Positions 1-10,969 of a stretch of 43,336 bases of DNA are shown piece by piece. Location of the stretch: the NCBI GenBank assembly GCA_021828525.1, contig JAJZGM010000001.1, positions 1-43,336 on the forward strand. The letters run 5' to 3'. The first letter of the stretch is position 1. The number at the start of each line of letters is the position of its first letter. The notes below the pieces were generated by a model. It made no database searches and was not told the DNA's origin. It was given only the letters and a program-made list of their open reading frames with translations. Both the position numbers and the translations under genes were made by a program. The stretch comes from Nitrospirota bacterium. Its GTDB lineage: Bacteria; Nitrospirota; Leptospirillia; Leptospirillales; Leptospirillaceae.

Positions 1-243
1 CAGGATCAGGAGCGGATGGCCTGAAAGTGACGAGGTCCGGACCGTCCTTCCCGAAAGATCCAAAAGTTCCAGCGATGGCATCACCGGAGGATGCGAAAGG
101 TCCGCTCCCAGGTTTCCGGGCGGCGGCGGGGACGAGGCAAAAGCCCCCTTTTGACAGAATAAGATCATTCCGAGAAAGGCCAGGGCAAAAGTCCGCGCAA
201 GGATCCTTACGACATTTCCCCCGGTTCCTGCCACAAAAGACAA
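1..243 (-). CDS. Thioredoxin-fold (TlpA/redoxin-like) protein, N-terminal fragment running off the left edge
   Basis: Not in the ORF track because there is no stop inside the window. My own minus-strand translation gives TTG(243) or GTG(234) ...RILARTFALAFLGMILF (hydrophobic anchor) ...PPPPGN...VMPSLELLDLSGRTVRTSSLSGHPLLIL. This parallels APDFTLSTVDGKTVRLSDLRGKVVMLNFW in the adjacent TlpA-like protein. The CXXC motif would lie beyond the edge. Start codon uncertain. Confidence 0.4.
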   Translation of the reverse strand, partial: MSFVAGTGGNVVRILARTFALAFLGMILFCQKGAFASSPPPPGNLGADLSHPPVMPSLELLDLSGRTVRTSSLSGHPLLIL

Positions 244-254
244 CGGGAAACCCT

Positions 255-854
255 TCAATACCCTGATGCAGCGTCCTTCTTGGCCGCGAGATAGGCCGAG
301 GGAGACTTGGGTCCGTGGTCAAGAAGACTGTGCACGGTCACAAGACTGTCCTTCATCCTCCAGTCCCGAGGTCCGATCACGTGTTCGGCCACCACACCCT
401 TCTGGTCAATGATGAAGGTCTCGGGAACACCCGTGATCTTGTACAGATGGTCAAGTTTGCCCAGGGGATCCACGGGAACGGGAAAATCGATCCCGTACTT
501 CTGGAGAAAGGGACGGATCTTCCCCTGATAGAACACGTTGTTTTCGTTGACCGCGACCAGGTCAAAACGGTCACCGGCCAGGTTCTTGAAACCATGGTAC
601 ATCTCTTCCATCGAGGGCATTTCCTGGCGACATGGCTTGCACCACGTGGCCCAGAAGTTGAGCATGACCACCTTCCCCCGCAGATCCGACAGCCGGACGG
701 TCTTTCCGTCCACCGTGGAGAGCGTGAAGTCGGGGGCCACCATGCCGACAGAGACAGGGTTGATGTTTGCGGTCTTGACCACATATCCGACGACAAGAAT
801 CACAACGGCAGCAGCCACGAGATAGGGCCACCTGTCCTTCATTCCGCCTTTCAT
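255..854 (-). CDS. resA: Membrane-anchored thiol:disulfide oxidoreductase (TlpA/ResA family) for cytochrome c maturation
   Basis: 199-aa ORF with an N-terminal TM segment (WPYLVAAAVVILVVGYVV) and the thioredoxin motif FWATWCKPC. It sits directly downstream of ccsA/resB. ATG at 854 is preceded by GGAGGAG. Confidence 0.88.
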   Translation of the reverse strand: MKGGMKDRWPYLVAAAVVILVVGYVVKTANINPVSVGMVAPDFTLSTVDGKTVRLSDLRGKVVMLNFWATWCKPCRQEMPSMEEMYHGFKNLAGDRFDLVAVNENNVFYQGKIRPFLQKYGIDFPVPVDPLGKLDHLYKITGVPETFIIDQKGVVAEHVIGPRDWRMKDSLVTVHSLLDHGPKSPSAYLAAKKDAASGY

Positions 855-872
855 GCTGCTCCTCCCGCCTCC

Positions 873-1724
873 TCAGGCCGCGTAGGCATGGAGGCCAGGG
901 ATGATGAAACTCACACCCCAATACAAAAAGATGACCGCCACAAAACCGAGAATTGAAAAGTAGGCACTGGGTGCCCCGCGAAGTCCCCGTGTCATCCGGG
1001 CGTGCAGATAGGCCGCATAGACGAACCAGGTGATCAGGGACCAGGTTTCCTTGGGATCCCAGGACCAGTATCCGCCCCATGCCTCATAGGCCCACATGGC
1101 TCCGAAGATCACACCCAGCGTCAGGAGCGGAAAGCCGACCAGCACAGACTTGTAGGTAAGATCGTCAAGATCCTCCGCGGAGGGGAACTCCTGGAGAATC
1201 CATCCCACCGATCCCTTCTTTTCCGCCCGGCGCTTGGCCAGATAGATTCCGGCCAGGGCGGCCGAGATGCCAAAGGCCGCATAGGAGAGAAACATCGTGA
1301 AGACATGGATTTTCAGCCAATAGGAGTTGAGGGCCGGATTGAGAGGTTCCACCATCTGGTAGCGGTAGGGGAGCATGCGGGCGGCTCCAACGGCAAACAT
1401 CACCAGGGTCAGGACGAAGGCGCCGGCGACCCTGACCTTGTACTTGAACTCCATGACCATGTATCCCAAAACAGAGGCCCAGGAGAAAAGGAAGAGGGTT
1501 TCATAGAGATTGGACCATGGGGCATGGTGATCGGCAAAACCCCGGCCCACCAGGGCGGCGGTATTGACGATCCAGCCCGAGAAGGTCACCGTCGAGGCAA
1601 TCTTTCCCACTTCTTTCCGGTGCGAGATCAGGAAGAGGAAGTAGGCCACGGTTCCGGCAAGGTACAGGACAATAACGGTGTTGTAAAGTATAAAGGAAGA
1701 TCCGACAGAATTAATGAGGGACAT
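873..1724 (-). CDS. ccsA: Cytochrome c biogenesis protein CcsA/ResC (System II haem handling)
   Basis: Polytopic membrane ORF carrying the Trp-rich WWD-type motif WGGYWSWDPKETWSLITW. I prefer ATG at 1724 (AAGGAGA 6 nt upstream) to the GTG at 1727 used by the ORF track. Confidence 0.9.
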   Translation of the reverse strand: MSLINSVGSSFILYNTVIVLYLAGTVAYFLFLISHRKEVGKIASTVTFSGWIVNTAALVGRGFADHHAPWSNLYETLFLFSWASVLGYMVMEFKYKVRVAGAFVLTLVMFAVGAARMLPYRYQMVEPLNPALNSYWLKIHVFTMFLSYAAFGISAALAGIYLAKRRAEKKGSVGWILQEFPSAEDLDDLTYKSVLVGFPLLTLGVIFGAMWAYEAWGGYWSWDPKETWSLITWFVYAAYLHARMTRGLRGAPSAYFSILGFVAVIFLYWGVSFIIPGLHAYAA

Positions 1725-1824
1725 CACCAGTCTCCTTGCTCAGTGTTCGCCATATAACATCTCCGGAAAACCAGATCTCAGGAGAGTCGCTTTCACGTTT
1801 CACCTTGAATCGGCCAACCCCTCC

Positions 1825-3378
1825 TCATCCGTTCGAAAGGGAGGGCCTTTGCGCCATCGCCCCGGAGACAGGCTCCGTGGCGGGACGGTCAGGAGGCGAC
1901 AGGGCCGTCTTCAGATCAGCGACGATCGCCTCGAACTCACGTTCAAATCCTATCTTGTCCTTGTGGCCGAATCCTCCGACGGCTACGGATAGTCCCTCCC
2001 CGTGCGGCCGGACCCGAAGCCATATTTTCCGGTGAAAGATGAAGGAGGAAAGGAAAAGGCCTCCGACCAGAAGGAAGGATCCGGTCCACACGACAGGAAC
2101 CCCGGGATCCTTGGCAAGCTCAAGACCCGTATAGAATGGCGCGTGATATCCTCCGAAAATAAAGAATTCCGGGACACTTTTCAAGACCTGGACCTGGGGG
2201 AACTTGTAAAAAAGCCAGGGGCTCCCCAAAAGTTTTCCGTCCTGGTAGACCTCGATCTGGACGGCCGGGTTCTTCGGCTTTTCCGATTGGGTAAAGACCG
2301 ACCCCGTCTTGGGATCAAAGGCAAAATCCGACACGTAGCGGACCACCTTCAGGGTGTAGGGAGTCTTAGGAATCGGAACCGGTTTGTCCCATGCGAGCGA
2401 AAATCGTCCGAGGAACTGTTTTTTCTCCTTGTCCACCACAAGGATGTCGGCCTTCTCCAGTCGGTCGGGGGCCTCTCCGAAGCTCGCCTGGTAAAAGCGA
2501 AGGCCCTTGTACTCCAGGGGATGGTTGACCTGGATGACCTTGTGCTTCATGATCTTCCCGTCTTTCAGGATATCCACATCGCTGAAATAGGACTTGACCA
2601 TCCCGTTCTTGTAGTGGGTGATCCAGAACTTGTTGACCCGGAGATCCCATCCCCCCTGGGGGATGAAGGTGGTCGTGTTGACATAGAAGGTTCCGAAAAG
2701 GCGAAACCCCGTCAGGCTCCCCAGAAGGCCGCCGGCCAGGATCACGATCACCGAAAGATGCGCGACGTGGGATCCGATGCGCCCCAGGACACCCTTGTGG
2801 GCAAAGATGGCGGTTTCCTTGCCGTCGCCTGATGTCTGGACCCTGTAATGGCGTGCCTTGAGGGTCTCCGTCACCAGGGAGGAAACGGAGGACGGCGGAA
2901 CAGGAGAGCGGGCAATCTCGATTTCCCTGTATTCTTTCTGTCTTTTCAGAAAGTCCCGACTGACATTCACGCGTTCCCGGAACAGGGAGCGGATGGTCAC
3001 CGGGAATCGCCGGTAAACGCAGGTGAGGGCGTTGACACAAAGGAGTGACAGGAGGCTCGTGTAGTACCAGCTGTGGTAGATGTTGTCGATTTTGAGATTC
3101 AGGATCCAGGGTCCCCATTTGGGCCCATAGGAAGCCAGGTAGAAGGCGGGATCTCGTCCCTGCTCGATGAAGGTCCCGAAGATGGTCAGAACGGCCAGGG
3201 TCAGAAAGAGGAAGATGGCCAGGACAAGGGAGGAGAGGAAGCGAATCAAAATATGGTCACGGGCCCCATGGAGAAAGGAGGATCCGGAGGATCCCTTGGA
3301 CTGGCCGGCTTCATCCACCCCGGAAGCCCCCTCTATTTCAAGAGCCTGCTGCTCTTCAGGACTATATCGTTCTGTCAT
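1825..3378 (-). CDS. ccsB: Cytochrome c biogenesis protein ResB/CcsB (Ccs1)
   Basis: About 517 aa. N-terminal TM helices, a large soluble (periplasmic) middle domain and a C-terminal TM, as in ResB. Adjacent to ccsA. ATG at 3378 has AAGGA 6 nt upstream; the ORF track begins at TTG 3381. Confidence 0.88.
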   Translation of the reverse strand: MTERYSPEEQQALEIEGASGVDEAGQSKGSSGSSFLHGARDHILIRFLSSLVLAIFLFLTLAVLTIFGTFIEQGRDPAFYLASYGPKWGPWILNLKIDNIYHSWYYTSLLSLLCVNALTCVYRRFPVTIRSLFRERVNVSRDFLKRQKEYREIEIARSPVPPSSVSSLVTETLKARHYRVQTSGDGKETAIFAHKGVLGRIGSHVAHLSVIVILAGGLLGSLTGFRLFGTFYVNTTTFIPQGGWDLRVNKFWITHYKNGMVKSYFSDVDILKDGKIMKHKVIQVNHPLEYKGLRFYQASFGEAPDRLEKADILVVDKEKKQFLGRFSLAWDKPVPIPKTPYTLKVVRYVSDFAFDPKTGSVFTQSEKPKNPAVQIEVYQDGKLLGSPWLFYKFPQVQVLKSVPEFFIFGGYHAPFYTGLELAKDPGVPVVWTGSFLLVGGLFLSSFIFHRKIWLRVRPHGEGLSVAVGGFGHKDKIGFEREFEAIVADLKTALSPPDRPATEPVSGAMAQRPSLSNG

Positions 3379-3493
3379 CAACTATCCTTGGGTAAGCACG
3401 AAGACAACATCCCCCCATCTCCTTGGCAAAAGCCGGCATCATTGAGGGGACTATCCTGTCATGGTCCAATCGGGTTTCTTTTCCTGTCCTTCC

Positions 3494-3522
3494 AGAATAC
3501 TGATCCGGCGCCCTTTCGTCAA
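3494..3522 (-). promoter_or_regulatory. Candidate sigma70-type promoter for resB-ccsA-resA
   Basis: Minus strand reads TTGACG - 17 nt - TATTCT inside the 164-nt MCE/resB spacer. A direct repeat of AAATCCGG (plus-strand 3521-3528 and 3537-3544) overlaps or flanks the -35. Pattern match only. Confidence 0.3.
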
Positions 3523-3545
3523 ATCCGGGAATCTTAAAATCCGGC

Positions 3546-5144
3546 TCAGGGAAGATGGCCGGCAATCAGATACTTCAGGGTTTCGTCATTGAGGATGAGT
3601 CCTCCCCCGACTAATGGAGAGGCCACACTGGCATTGAAGACGTTGTAATACCCCGCATTGAGCCAGATGTGGTTGAAGATTGTATAGGTCAGGAATATCC
3701 GGGAATAGGGATTGGGGGTCATCGGATCATAGGTTCCGATATTGTACATGGTAAAGGTCAGGAAGAGGTTCTTGAAAATCTGGTAGTCGGCCCCGACGCC
3801 GAAGCTGTTCTGGATGAGTCCCGCCCTTACATCGAAGTCGCCGAACTTTTCCCCGAACTCCACGCTGAACTTGATTCCCTGGGTCGTCCCCGTGATCTGG
3901 GTTGGCCCGGCCACATAATTTCCGTTGATCTGGGTATAGGGCGTTGTCTGCGTGTAGTAAGGATTGGTCGTGCTCACCACCTGGATTCGGTAAAACTTGT
4001 CCGACCTGGGATAGAGGTCGAGGGTGAAAAAACCTTCGGCGGTCCCGGCCCGGGGCATGTAGAAACCCCGCATCCAGACGTTAAGTTCCATCCGGTCGGC
4101 CTTGTTGGTGACCCCTGAAAGTTTTTTGAGCGTTTTCGACAGGTTGTCGTAGACATCCGGATTGTTGACCAGCTTTCCGATCGTTCCCTGTCCTTCGTCG
4201 ATTTTCTTCAGGATGCTGTTCAGATGGGCCAGAGACTGGTTGGCATTGTCGTAGACATCGTTCTTGTTGACCAGGGAACCGATGGTTCCGACCCCGTTGT
4301 CGATCTTGTTGGCGATGGAATCGACCTTGTTGAGGATATCCGGGGACTTTTTCTTGAGGCTCACAGTAAAATCCCGAAGATTGGTGGTGAGCTCGTCCAG
4401 ATGCTTGAGCGTCCGGCGAAGCTGCTCCTTTCCCTGGGTTGTCCCGATCGACCCCTTGAGCGATTTCGAGACGGCCTGGATATCGTCTGCGATCTTGTTG
4501 AGTTTTTTCACGAGCCTGTTGACGCTGACGGTGTTCCCCGGTGAGGCGAGAATCGCACCCGGTGCCAGTTCGCCGGGAGAAGGGTCCGGAGGCCCGGCCT
4601 GGGATGGAGCTGAGCCGACAGGGGAAGGGGCCGGTTTCGGTTGTGAGGAGGGAGAAGAGGGCGGAGCGGAAGGAGCGGGGGAGGGGGCGGATCCCGTGTC
4701 GGCCCAGGCCGGGGCCGGGAAGTCGATCCCGCCAAAGATCCGCCGCAGAAGTCCGGGGGGCTCCCTGTCCCTGTCAGGATCAAGTCGCGGTCTGACTCCC
4801 GATGGCCCGGGTTCGATTTCCACATACATCTTTCCCAGAAATCCGTTGGAAAAGATGACGGCCCGGGCATCGGCGGGTATGACCACCTTCTTGGTGACCA
4901 GCATCCGGACCCGGGCCATGCCGTCGGAGCCCAATGTGATGGCATCGACCTCCCCCACCTTGACGCCCGCCACTTCCACGTCGGTTCCCTTTTCGAGGCC
5001 GTCCACAGAAGAAAATTTGGCGTAAAAGGCAAAGGAATGGTCCGGCTTCAACTTGTGATGGCCAAGACGGAGGGACAGGAAGGCGATCACTCCCAGCGCG
5101 ACCAGCACAAAAAAACCGAGCCGCGTTTCGGCAGACACTTTCAA
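3546..5144 (-). CDS. MCE/MlaD-family protein, atypically long (TM + MCE domain + Pro/Ser-rich linker + repeated helical motif + beta-rich C-terminal domain)
   Basis: 532 aa. N-terminal TM (FFVLVALGVIAFLSL), then an MCE-domain-like segment (FYAKFSSVDGLEKGTDVEVAGVKVGEVDAITL...ADARAVIFSNGFLGKMYVEIEPG). It lies downstream of mlaE and mlaF. The start is TTG at 5144, with AAGGAGA about 7 nt upstream. Confidence 0.85.
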   Translation of the reverse strand: MKVSAETRLGFFVLVALGVIAFLSLRLGHHKLKPDHSFAFYAKFSSVDGLEKGTDVEVAGVKVGEVDAITLGSDGMARVRMLVTKKVVIPADARAVIFSNGFLGKMYVEIEPGPSGVRPRLDPDRDREPPGLLRRIFGGIDFPAPAWADTGSAPSPAPSAPPSSPSSQPKPAPSPVGSAPSQAGPPDPSPGELAPGAILASPGNTVSVNRLVKKLNKIADDIQAVSKSLKGSIGTTQGKEQLRRTLKHLDELTTNLRDFTVSLKKKSPDILNKVDSIANKIDNGVGTIGSLVNKNDVYDNANQSLAHLNSILKKIDEGQGTIGKLVNNPDVYDNLSKTLKKLSGVTNKADRMELNVWMRGFYMPRAGTAEGFFTLDLYPRSDKFYRIQVVSTTNPYYTQTTPYTQINGNYVAGPTQITGTTQGIKFSVEFGEKFGDFDVRAGLIQNSFGVGADYQIFKNLFLTFTMYNIGTYDPMTPNPYSRIFLTYTIFNHIWLNAGYYNVFNASVASPLVGGGLILNDETLKYLIAGHLP

Positions 5145-5196
5145 TGAAGGTCTCCTTCAAATAAAAGGGGAGAATATCGGCCTGGCCCTTTCCTCA

Positions 5197-5979
5197 TCAC
5201 GGACCTGTCTCCTCGGCAATAACAGGGATCGGACCCGATGTTTCTCCCCGCACGAATTGTCCGAGGACGGGATCCGGCGTCTCGCGGACCTCCAGGGGAG
5301 TGCCTGAAAAATGAATTTTCCCCTGGTAGAGGAACAGGATCCTGTCCGCGATCCGAAATGCGCTGTTCATGTCATGAGTGATGACGAGACTTGTCACATG
5401 AAGCTCCGCCTTCATCTTGAGGATCAGCTCATCGATCGAGGTTGCCAGAACGGGATCTAGTCCTGTTGTTGGCTCGTCGTAAAGAAGGATCTCGGGCTCC
5501 AGGGCGATGGCCCTGGCAATCCCGACCCTTTTTTTCATTCCTCCCGAAATTTCGGAGGGATATTTTTTTTCCACCCGGTTCAGTCCGACAAGCCGGATCT
5601 TTTCACGGGCAATCCGCTCGATTTCCACAGCTGACAGATCTCTCCGGTGCATGGTCAGCCCAAAGGCGACGTTTTCAAGGCACGTCATGGAGTCGAAGAG
5701 CGCCGATTCCTGAAAGACCATCCCCATCTTTTTCCGAATATCGTCTAGGGAGGCCCCCGAAAGGCCGACAATGGACTCTCCGTCAATCCGGATATCCCCG
5801 GAGTCGGGAACCAGAAGACGCATGACATGTTTCAGAAGGACCGACTTTCCCTGGCCGGATCCACCGATAATACAATAAGTCTGCCCCCGGGGAACCTCAA
5901 AGGAGACATTCCGGAGGACCTCCTGGTTTCCGAAGGATTTTGTGAGGTTCGATATGGTGATCGCCGGCGGGGAGAACAT
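5197..5979 (-). CDS. mlaF: ABC transporter ATP-binding protein, MlaF-like
   Basis: Walker A GGSGQGKS, signature [14 protein letters not shown], Walker [16 protein letters not shown] at 5979 overlaps the mlaE stop (ATGA). ATG at 5991 is an alternative. The ORF-track extension to 6111 overlaps mlaE and is Cys/Gly/Arg-rich, so I do not think it is translated. Confidence 0.9.
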   Translation of the reverse strand: MFSPPAITISNLTKSFGNQEVLRNVSFEVPRGQTYCIIGGSGQGKSVLLKHVMRLLVPDSGDIRIDGESIVGLSGASLDDIRKKMGMVFQESALFDSMTCLENVAFGLTMHRRDLSAVEIERIAREKIRLVGLNRVEKKYPSEISGGMKKRVGIARAIALEPEILLYDEPTTGLDPVLATSIDELILKMKAELHVTSLVITHDMNSAFRIADRILFLYQGKIHFSGTPLEVRETPDPVLGQFVRGETSGPIPVIAEETGP

Positions 5980-6752
5980 CAGAAAAGCCATGCCGTCAGG
6001 AAATAGTCGATGACCAGAATGCTCATCGAGGCACTGACCACAGCACGCGTCACGGCCCGCCCCACTCCCGCCGCACCTCCGGAGGCCACAAATCCCGTCC
6101 GGCAGGCCCAAATGGAAAGAATTCCCCCGAAGAAGACTGATTTCACGATCCCCGACAGAAAATCGTGGAGTTCGACGTAATGTCGGATCTCCTGAAAATA
6201 GAGATGGGGAGAAAGGCCCAGGAGCTTGACGGAGACGAAGTACCCTCCCCCGATCCCGATGAGATCGGCCAGGGCCGTCAGAAGGGGAAGTGCCACAAGG
6301 GAGGCATAGAAACGCGGCGTGACTAGGTAGTCCACCGGGTTTACGGCAAGACTTTCCAGGGCGTCGATCTGCTCGCTCACCCGCATGCTTCCAAGCTCTG
6401 CAGCCATCGCCGAGCCGGACCGCCCGGTCACCATGAGGCTTGTGATGACGGGTCCGAGTTCCCGGGTCATCGACAAGGTCACCACGGCTCCCACAAGACT
6501 CTCGGCATTGAACTTCCGGAATCCGATCCAGGCCTGGAGGGCAAGCACCATCCCGGTAAAAAAAGCTGTGACTCCGACAACGGCCGTCGAATCCGCCCCG
6601 ATCTTCAAAAGCTGCTCAAGAAAGTTCCGAAACAGGAAGGCCGGCCGGAAGAGCCCGAGAAGCCCTCGCAAACCCATGATGAAGAGAGCCCCCGCCGCCT
6701 CCAGGATCCGGCGGGCCAGGTCAGAAATCATTCTGGAGAACCCGTGAAGCAT
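5979..6752 (-). CDS. mlaE: ABC transporter permease, MlaE-like
   Basis: Polytopic membrane protein with MlaE-like segments ([26 protein letters not shown]...[25 protein letters not shown]). ATG at 6752 has AGGAGG upstream. It overlaps the alr 3' end by about 30 nt. Confidence 0.88.
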   Translation of the reverse strand: MLHGFSRMISDLARRILEAAGALFIMGLRGLLGLFRPAFLFRNFLEQLLKIGADSTAVVGVTAFFTGMVLALQAWIGFRKFNAESLVGAVVTLSMTRELGPVITSLMVTGRSGSAMAAELGSMRVSEQIDALESLAVNPVDYLVTPRFYASLVALPLLTALADLIGIGGGYFVSVKLLGLSPHLYFQEIRHYVELHDFLSGIVKSVFFGGILSIWACRTGFVASGGAAGVGRAVTRAVVSASMSILVIDYFLTAWLF

Positions 6753-7944
6753 CGCCGACAAACCTCCTGTCCGACCGGTGGCCGAGAAGGCAGAGCACCT
6801 CGTAGGGAATGGTCCCCGTCCACCGGGCAATCTGATCTACGGTCATGGATTCGGGTTCCTTGGGATCGATGATTCTGACCCATTCCCCGATCTCCACGGG
6901 CCGCGGAAGATCCGTCAGGTCAACGGCGACCATGTCCATGCAGACCCGTCCGGCAAATGGGACCTTCCGGCCGTCGATCATGCCCCAGCCGCGCCCGGAG
7001 AGGGCCCGCGGCAGACCATCGGCATATCCCATGCCAAGGATCCCCACCCGGCTGTTTCGGGACAGGACTTCCGTTCTCCCGTAGGAGACGGAATGGCCTT
7101 TCGGAAGATTCCGAAGGGACAGCAGCCGGGCTTCTACGGTAAGGACTGGGGATATCTCATCCCACCCATGGAGATCGCCGATGGGAAGATGGCCATAGAG
7201 CATCAGTCCGGGTCTGGCCCAGAATGTGAGATTCTTTCCCGAAGGCTCTGGGGTCGGGAAGGAGACAAGTCCCTGCATGACGCCTCCGCTGTTGGCCATG
7301 TGAATGACCGACAGCTCAGAGAGCGCCGGATGGGAAAGGATCGAAAGAACACACTCCCGAAAGATTTCGAGACAGTCTTCCGTGTCCTTCCGGTCCTCGG
7401 AAAGGGGAAAATGGGTCATGATCCCCGTTATTCTTCCTTGGGGAATCCGGAGCATCCGGTCAAGGACATCAGGGATCTCGGAAGGGAGAAAGCCAAGCCG
7501 CCCCATCCCGGAGTCGATCTTGAGGTGGAGGTCGAGGGGCTCCCTGACCGGAGAAAAGGCTTCAAGAAGACTGATTTGATCCCGATGATGAAGGACCGGG
7601 GTGAGGTTTTCCCGAAAACAGAGTGTCAGTTCCTTCCCGGAAAACCCACCGAGGAGGATGATCGTCCCGGAATACCCTCCTCGCCTGAGAGAGAGGGCTT
7701 CATCCGCCCCCATGAGCGCCACGCGGTCAATGCCGATTGAGGACAGGGCGGTCATGACAGGAAGGAGTCCGTGACCATAGGCGTTGGCCTTGATGACCGG
7801 AAGGAGTCCCTCGTTCTTTCCGAGTCGATGGATCACCTTCCGGACGTTCCGGAGAAACTGGTCCAGATCAACGGTCACACGGGTCCGGCCCTCCGGACAC
7901 TCCGGATCCGGGATGGATTGCGGCGTGGGGTCCCGAGGTTTCAT
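6721..7944 (-). CDS. alr: Alanine racemase
   Basis: 407 aa with the PLP-lysine motif VIKANAYGHG and C-terminal SYGR...GYADG...VCMD motifs typical of Alr. ATG at 7944 lies 4 nt after the frr stop. Confidence 0.9.
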   Translation of the reverse strand: MKPRDPTPQSIPDPECPEGRTRVTVDLDQFLRNVRKVIHRLGKNEGLLPVIKANAYGHGLLPVMTALSSIGIDRVALMGADEALSLRRGGYSGTIILLGGFSGKELTLCFRENLTPVLHHRDQISLLEAFSPVREPLDLHLKIDSGMGRLGFLPSEIPDVLDRMLRIPQGRITGIMTHFPLSEDRKDTEDCLEIFRECVLSILSHPALSELSVIHMANSGGVMQGLVSFPTPEPSGKNLTFWARPGLMLYGHLPIGDLHGWDEISPVLTVEARLLSLRNLPKGHSVSYGRTEVLSRNSRVGILGMGYADGLPRALSGRGWGMIDGRKVPFAGRVCMDMVAVDLTDLPRPVEIGEWVRIIDPKEPESMTVDQIARWTGTIPYEVLCLLGHRSDRRFVGDASRVLQNDF

Positions 7945-7948
7945 GGGG

Positions 7949-8503
7949 TCAGGTCGTCAGGATCTCCTGCTCCTTCTTCCGGGAATGTTCGTCGACCTTG
8001 GCCCCCGCTCCGTCGACAAGCTTCTGGACTTCATCCTGAAGGCGCTTCACCCGGTCCTCCTGGATCAAGCCTTCCTTGTGCTTCTTCTTGATATCCTCGT
8101 TCGCATCCCGCCGGATGTTTCGCAAGGACACCTTCGCCTCCTCGGCCATTTTCTTCAGAAGCTTGACCATCTCCTTGCGACGTTCCTCTGTCATCGGGGG
8201 AACGACAATCCTGACAGCCTTGCCGTCATTCTGCGGATTCAGGCCCAGATTGGCGGCCATGATTGCCTTTTCGATGTCCCCGATGAGCTTTGTCTCCCAG
8301 GGGGTGATGGTAATCATCCGGTTGTCGACGATGTTCAGGGCCGCCACCTTGTCGAGGGAGACCTGATTCCCGTAATAGTCCACCCGGATATGTTCGATGA
8401 GGGTCAGGGATGGCCGCCCTGTTCTCAGGGTCTGGATCTCCTTGCGGAAATGGTCCACCGCATGATCCATTTTTTCTGAAAATCCCTTAAGTTCCGCATC
8501 CAT
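7949..8503 (-). CDS. frr: Ribosome recycling factor
   Basis: 184 aa with typical RRF sequence (LRTGRPSLTLIEHIRVDYYG...PPMTEERRKEMVK). GGGAGG lies 5 nt before the ATG. Confidence 0.97.
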   Translation of the reverse strand: MDAELKGFSEKMDHAVDHFRKEIQTLRTGRPSLTLIEHIRVDYYGNQVSLDKVAALNIVDNRMITITPWETKLIGDIEKAIMAANLGLNPQNDGKAVRIVVPPMTEERRKEMVKLLKKMAEEAKVSLRNIRRDANEDIKKKHKEGLIQEDRVKRLQDEVQKLVDGAGAKVDEHSRKKEQEILTT

Positions 8504-8534
8504 TTAAGCCTCCCGTTCCGCGACACCGGATATT

Positions 8535-9838
<1,304 letters not shown>

Positions 9839-9943
9839 CTTGTTTCCTTCCTCCGTCTCTATCCGTCTGGCGTTCTTCACTGGGCTTTACGAGGCATGAC
9901 CGGCTGTGGAAAAGGGAGAGGGTCTTCCTCTCCCTTCATCCCC

Positions 9944-10717
9944 CTATTTCTCTCCGGATTCTCCGGCCGAGAAGGCCTGCTCAAGCTCGGAGGCGACCGC
10001 CGGAGATTCAGGAGCCGCCTTGCCGGATGAGCGGCGGGACAACCCACCCTCGATCACGGCCTCGGCTATGCCCTCAGCCATGAGCCGGATGGAGCGGATT
10101 GCATCATCGTTGGCCGGAATCGGAAAATCGATCAGGTCCGGGTCGCAGTTCGTATCCACCATGGCCACCACCGGAATCCCGAGACGGTTGGCCTCGTGAA
10201 TGGCGATATGCTCTTTTTTGGGATCCACCACAAATATGGCCCCGGGAAGCTGTCCCATTCCGCGAATTCCCGACAGGGTCGATCGCAGCTTGGACTCCTC
10301 CTTTTCGATCTGGGCCACTTCCTTTTTGGGCAGACGGGCCCACTGGTCGCTTTCCTTCATCGCTTCGATTTTCTTCAGACGCTCGACGGATTTGCGGATC
10401 GTCTGGTGATTTGTCAGCATGCCGCCCAGCCAACGATGGGTGACATGGAACATTCCGCAACGTTCCGCCTCCTCCTCGATGATCGATTGGGCCTGTTTCT
10501 TGGTGGCGATGAAAAGGACCGACTTCCCTTCTCCCACGACATTCCTGATAAATCGCGTGGCCTGACGGTAACGCCGTGTCGTCTGCTGAAGATCGATGAT
10601 GTAGATGCCGTTTCTCTCCCCGTAGATGAATCGCTTCATCTTCGGGTTCCACCGCTTGGTCTGGTGTCCGAAATGGACACCGGCGTCGAGAAGTTCCTTG
10701 ATTGTCACGTTCTTCAT
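9944..10717 (-). CDS. rpsB: 30S ribosomal protein S2
   Basis: [27 protein letters not shown]... is a canonical S2 start. ATG at 10717 has AGGAGA 6 nt upstream. The ORF-track extension to 10780 is unlikely to be translated. Confidence 0.97.
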   Translation of the reverse strand: MKNVTIKELLDAGVHFGHQTKRWNPKMKRFIYGERNGIYIIDLQQTTRRYRQATRFIRNVVGEGKSVLFIATKKQAQSIIEEEAERCGMFHVTHRWLGGMLTNHQTIRKSVERLKKIEAMKESDQWARLPKKEVAQIEKEESKLRSTLSGIRGMGQLPGAIFVVDPKKEHIAIHEANRLGIPVVAMVDTNCDPDLIDFPIPANDDAIRSIRLMAEGIAEAVIEGGLSRRSSGKAAPESPAVASELEQAFSAGESGEK

Positions 10718-10969
10718 TCCCGTCTCCTGATCTGTGGGTTGACCTTTGCGAACCGTTCCCGCCGCCCAGGCCGGCGACAATAAACGCCTTTGCGGACCCG
10801 TGGGATTTCCGGATGATCTCCGCGATTCGCTGCAGTATTTGTTATTGGACCGATGTCGGCCGAAGGCCGCGGTCTGGTCCAGCCATAAACCCGTTCCAGT
10901 CCGGAGGGGCTGTCATGGCTGAACCTGAAGTGAAGAAGAAGGTCGCCACTTCTCTTCGTAAAACGTTTT

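Noticed and set aside
27-266. 79-aa plus-strand ORF at the left edge.
   Set aside because: It is Pro/Arg/Lys-rich with no motifs. The opposite strand encodes a redoxin-like N-terminus with a hydrophobic anchor that fits the neighbouring cluster.
3521-3544. Direct repeat AAATCCGG ... AAATCCGG near the MCE stop, considered as a possible operator or terminator.
   Set aside because: It is only 8 nt long, with no convincing hairpin and no T tract. I kept it as a note under the candidate resB promoter rather than as a separate feature.
5980-6111. N-terminal extensions given by the ORF track for mlaF. Analogous extensions occur for glgX (40785-40964), treY (34470-34607), rpsB (10718-10780), tsf (9839-9880), the lipoprotein (18437-18508) and the esterase (30502-30561).
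   Set aside because: The extensions overlap the upstream gene and lack homology. Downstream ATGs have good SDs or stop/start overlaps and reproduce the canonical N-termini.
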